A stretch of DNA of 64,000 nt. Origin: an uncultured Acidobacteriota bacterium. Lineage in GTDB: Bacteria; Acidobacteriota; Thermoanaerobaculia; UBA5066; DATFVB01. The DNA lies in the NCBI GenBank assembly GCA_963813155.1, contig CAWEYG010000003.1, forward strand, positions 576,001 to 640,000, read 5' to 3'. How positions within the stretch are numbered: position 1 is the first letter of the stretch; every line of letters begins with the position of its first letter. The position numbers and the translations under genes are program-made. Positions 61,805 through 64,000 of the stretch are shown here, in pieces. The notes below the pieces were generated by a model. The model saw only the letters and a program-made list of their open reading frames with translations. It ran no database searches and was not told the origin of the DNA.

Positions 61805-62732
61805 GGGATTACTCGCACCTTCTCCCCGATCTCGATCGTCATCCCGTCCTCCCCGACTGCGAGCGGGCCGGCGTACGTCCTGCGGGTCGGGGCCACGAGA
61901 TCCACGGCGGTCGCCATGGACGGGACGATGTGGGAGTACACGGCGAGCTTCGGATGGACGGCCGCGAAGATCTTCCCGGCGTCCTCGGGCGTCGTGTGGT
62001 GCTCGATGATCCGCCGAACCTGCTCCGGAGTCAGGTTGCCCGCGGCGCCCCGCTTTTCCGCTTCGACGGCGATCACTTCGTGGACCAACACGTCGGCTCC
62101 TTTCGCGAACTTCACGAGGTTCGGCGAGGGGCGCGTGTCGCCCGACAGCACGACGGACCGCGATCCGAAATCCACGCGGTAACCGAGCGCCGGGCGAACA
62201 GGCCCGTGGTCGACAAGAAACGCCGTGACCCGAAGCGGCCCTTTCTCGAACGCGATGCCTTCGCCGGTGTCGCGGGCCTCGATCACGGCTCCCCGAGCGG
62301 GAAGTTTCTCGTCCACGTCGCGGCGCATGTGGACGTCGAACGCGTAGGCCTTTTCGAGGTTCGAGACGAAATCGGCCGTTCCCGCCGGTCCCCGGATGCG
62401 AAGGGACTCGGACCGCCCGAAGATCCATCCCGTCAGCCACAGGTCGGCGAGACCCGACCGTGTGGTCGGAATGAAGATGTGTGAAGAAGAGGGAGCGAAC
62501 GGCCGCCGAGCGGGATGCCGTGCTGAAACAGCCGCTGGGTCGCGCCGCGGCCGCAATCGAAGAGCAGGCGCTCCCCTCCCGCCGACACGAGGATGCTCGG
62601 GCCGAACCGCTCGAGCGACGGCCTCGGGTTGCCGGTCCCGAGGAGCAGGACGGTGATCCGATCCTCCGCCCGGACGCGCGCGGCGGCGACCAGGATCAAA
62701 AGGAGCGTCGCGGCGGCGGTTCTTCGCGTCAA
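61795..62732 (-). CDS. Secreted MBL-fold hydrolase, RNase Z/AtsA-like (frameshifts near 62455-62500)
   Basis: LLGTGNP, LFDCG, THLHSDH (manual translation), SGDT, LVHE, HHT. Confidence 0.85.
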
Positions 62733-63526
62733 ACCGGGGCGTCCCGAACCGATTCCAGGTAGAGCGCCCGGAGCCTCGCGAACCCATCGCCCGGGAAAGC
62801 GCACTTCTTTCCGTCGAGCGTCTGGAGCGCGGCGATTCCGGTGAGGCTCGACGTCAGGAAGGCGCCGCCAAGCAGCTGCGGAGCCGAGAACGTCGCCTCC
62901 TCGACGCTCAGGCCGACGCGTCGGGCGTTCGCGATCACCCAGGCGCGCACGACACCGGGAAGGATTCCGGACGACACGGGAGGCGTCCGCAAGCGGTTTC
63001 CCGAAATCCGGAACACGTTCGTCGCCGTGCCCTCCCGCACGCGGCCCTTCGAGTCCAGAAAAATCCCCTCCTCGGCGGCCAGTCGCTTCGCCAGGCGGCC
63101 GCCGGCGATCGATGTCCGGTAGTCGATCGTCTTCCAGCGCGGCGTCGTTCGCTCCCAGTCCCGGGGAAGCAGGATCGCGCGGACGCCCCGCCGCTTGCGG
63201 AGAATCTCCGGAGGAATCGGAAAGAGCATCGCGAAGAATCGCCAGGATCGCGGATCGTCGAGATCCCGGCCCGCGGCAATGTAAGACCAGCGCATTCCCC
63301 ACTCCCTGCGCTTTCCCGCCGATCGGAGCTCCGCGCGCGCGGCCGCGCGGACGCGAGCGAGCGACGGCGGAGGCACGCGAAGGAGATCGCACGACGTCTT
63401 CAATCGGCCGAAGTGCTCGTCGAACAGAACCGCCCGGCCGCCGGTCACCCAGAGCGTCTCGAAGAACCCGACGCCGCGCGCGAGCGCGGGGGAGTCGATC
63501 GAGAGAGTGATCTTCGGCGCCGGCAC
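62729..63526 (-). CDS. Class IV aminotransferase / aminodeoxychorismate lyase-like
   Basis: GFFETL, EHFGRL, KT, EGTATNVF, GILPGVVR. Confidence 0.9.
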   Translation of the reverse strand: MPAPKITLSIDSPALARGVGFFETLWVTGGRAVLFDEHFGRLKTSCDLLRVPPPSLARVRAAARAELRSAGKRREWGMRWSYIAAGRDLDDPRSWRFFAMLFPIPPEILRKRRGVRAILLPRDWERTTPRWKTIDYRTSIAGGRLAKRLAAEEGIFLDSKGRVREGTATNVFRISGNRLRTPPVSSGILPGVVRAWVIANARRVGLSVEEATFSAPQLLGGAFLTSSLTGIAALQTLDGKKCAFPGDGFARLRALYLESVRDAPV

Positions 63527-63530
63527 GGGC

Positions 63531-64000
63531 CTATTCTCCCCGGAGAGAGGCGAGGAGCGAAAAGAATTCGTTCGCCTTCCACTCCGATTCGCGACTTTCC
63601 CGTTCCGCCCTCGAGTCCCAGGTGATCCCGCCTCCCGCGTGGTACCGCACCTCGCGGTCGGAGGAAATCGCGGTGCGGATCGCGACGTTGAACGCGAGGC
63701 GCCCCCGGCCGTCGAGATAACCGACGATGCCGGTATACACGCCCCTCGCGACCGGCTCGAGCCGCGAGATCGCGCCGACCGCCGCGCGCTTCGGCGCGCC
63801 CGTCACGGAACCGGGGGGAAACGTGGCGCGGATCAGCTCCGACGCGCCGATCCCGGGAAGCAATCTCCCCTCGACGGTCGATTCGAGATGGTGAAGGCGG
63901 TGCGACCGCAGGCCGCACAGCTCCGAGACGCGGATGCTCCCGGGCTCGCAGACGCGCCCGAGGTCGTTGCGGCACAGATCGGCGATCATGACGTTTTCGG
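63531..64000 (-). CDS. pabB: Aminodeoxychorismate synthase component I / anthranilate synthase family (C-terminal part)
   Basis: ENVMIADLCRNDLGRV, FPPGSVTGAPK, RGVYTG, NVAIRT, AGGGI. Confidence 0.85.
   Translation of the reverse strand, partial: ENVMIADLCRNDLGRVCEPGSIRVSELCGLRSHRLHHLESTVEGRLLPGIGASELIRATFPPGSVTGAPKRAAVGAISRLEPVARGVYTGIVGYLDGRGRLAFNVAIRTAISSDREVRYHAGGGITWDSRAERESRESEWKANEFFSLLASLRGE

Noticed and set aside
56863-62484. 1873-aa giant ORF
   Set aside because: Chimera of oxidoreductase, peptidase and DUF1624 pieces joined by frameshifts and stop-poor GC-rich frames

Overview
High-GC bacterial window, probably Acidobacteriota (inferred from the Acidobacteria-type VWA protein and overall gene content). 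Most of it is housekeeping and envelope genes: pepA, purC, lipA, a UbiD-family decarboxylase, nnr-tsaE, a TPR-TonB-ExbB-ExbD-ExbD cluster, hppA, a long minus-strand run (recN-thiF-tsaC-gamma CA-hisS-aspS-aroB-HD-GYP-TPR-roadblock-ftsY-ribD-ribE-hemW), dapF-like, ygfZ, a molybdopterin oxidoreductase, peptidases and pabB/pabC-like genes. The main feature is an accessory island between purC and lipA (~3320-12550). It holds a minus-strand array of about 11 integron-type gene cassettes with 10 recognisable attC sites (7086-11910) and no integrase anywhere in the window. The array is bracketed by an inverted CCCCGTTTC/GAAACGGGG motif and hairpins, one attC carries two small palindromic inserts, and one cassette is a degraded toxin-antitoxin pair not visible in the ORF track. 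Other points of interest are a 117-nt intergenic hairpin, a DapF homologue with Ser at both catalytic Cys positions, and several apparently catalytically degenerate proteins. Many conserved genes carry single frameshifts, most likely long-read indel errors, so pseudogene calls and giant fused ORFs should be treated with caution.
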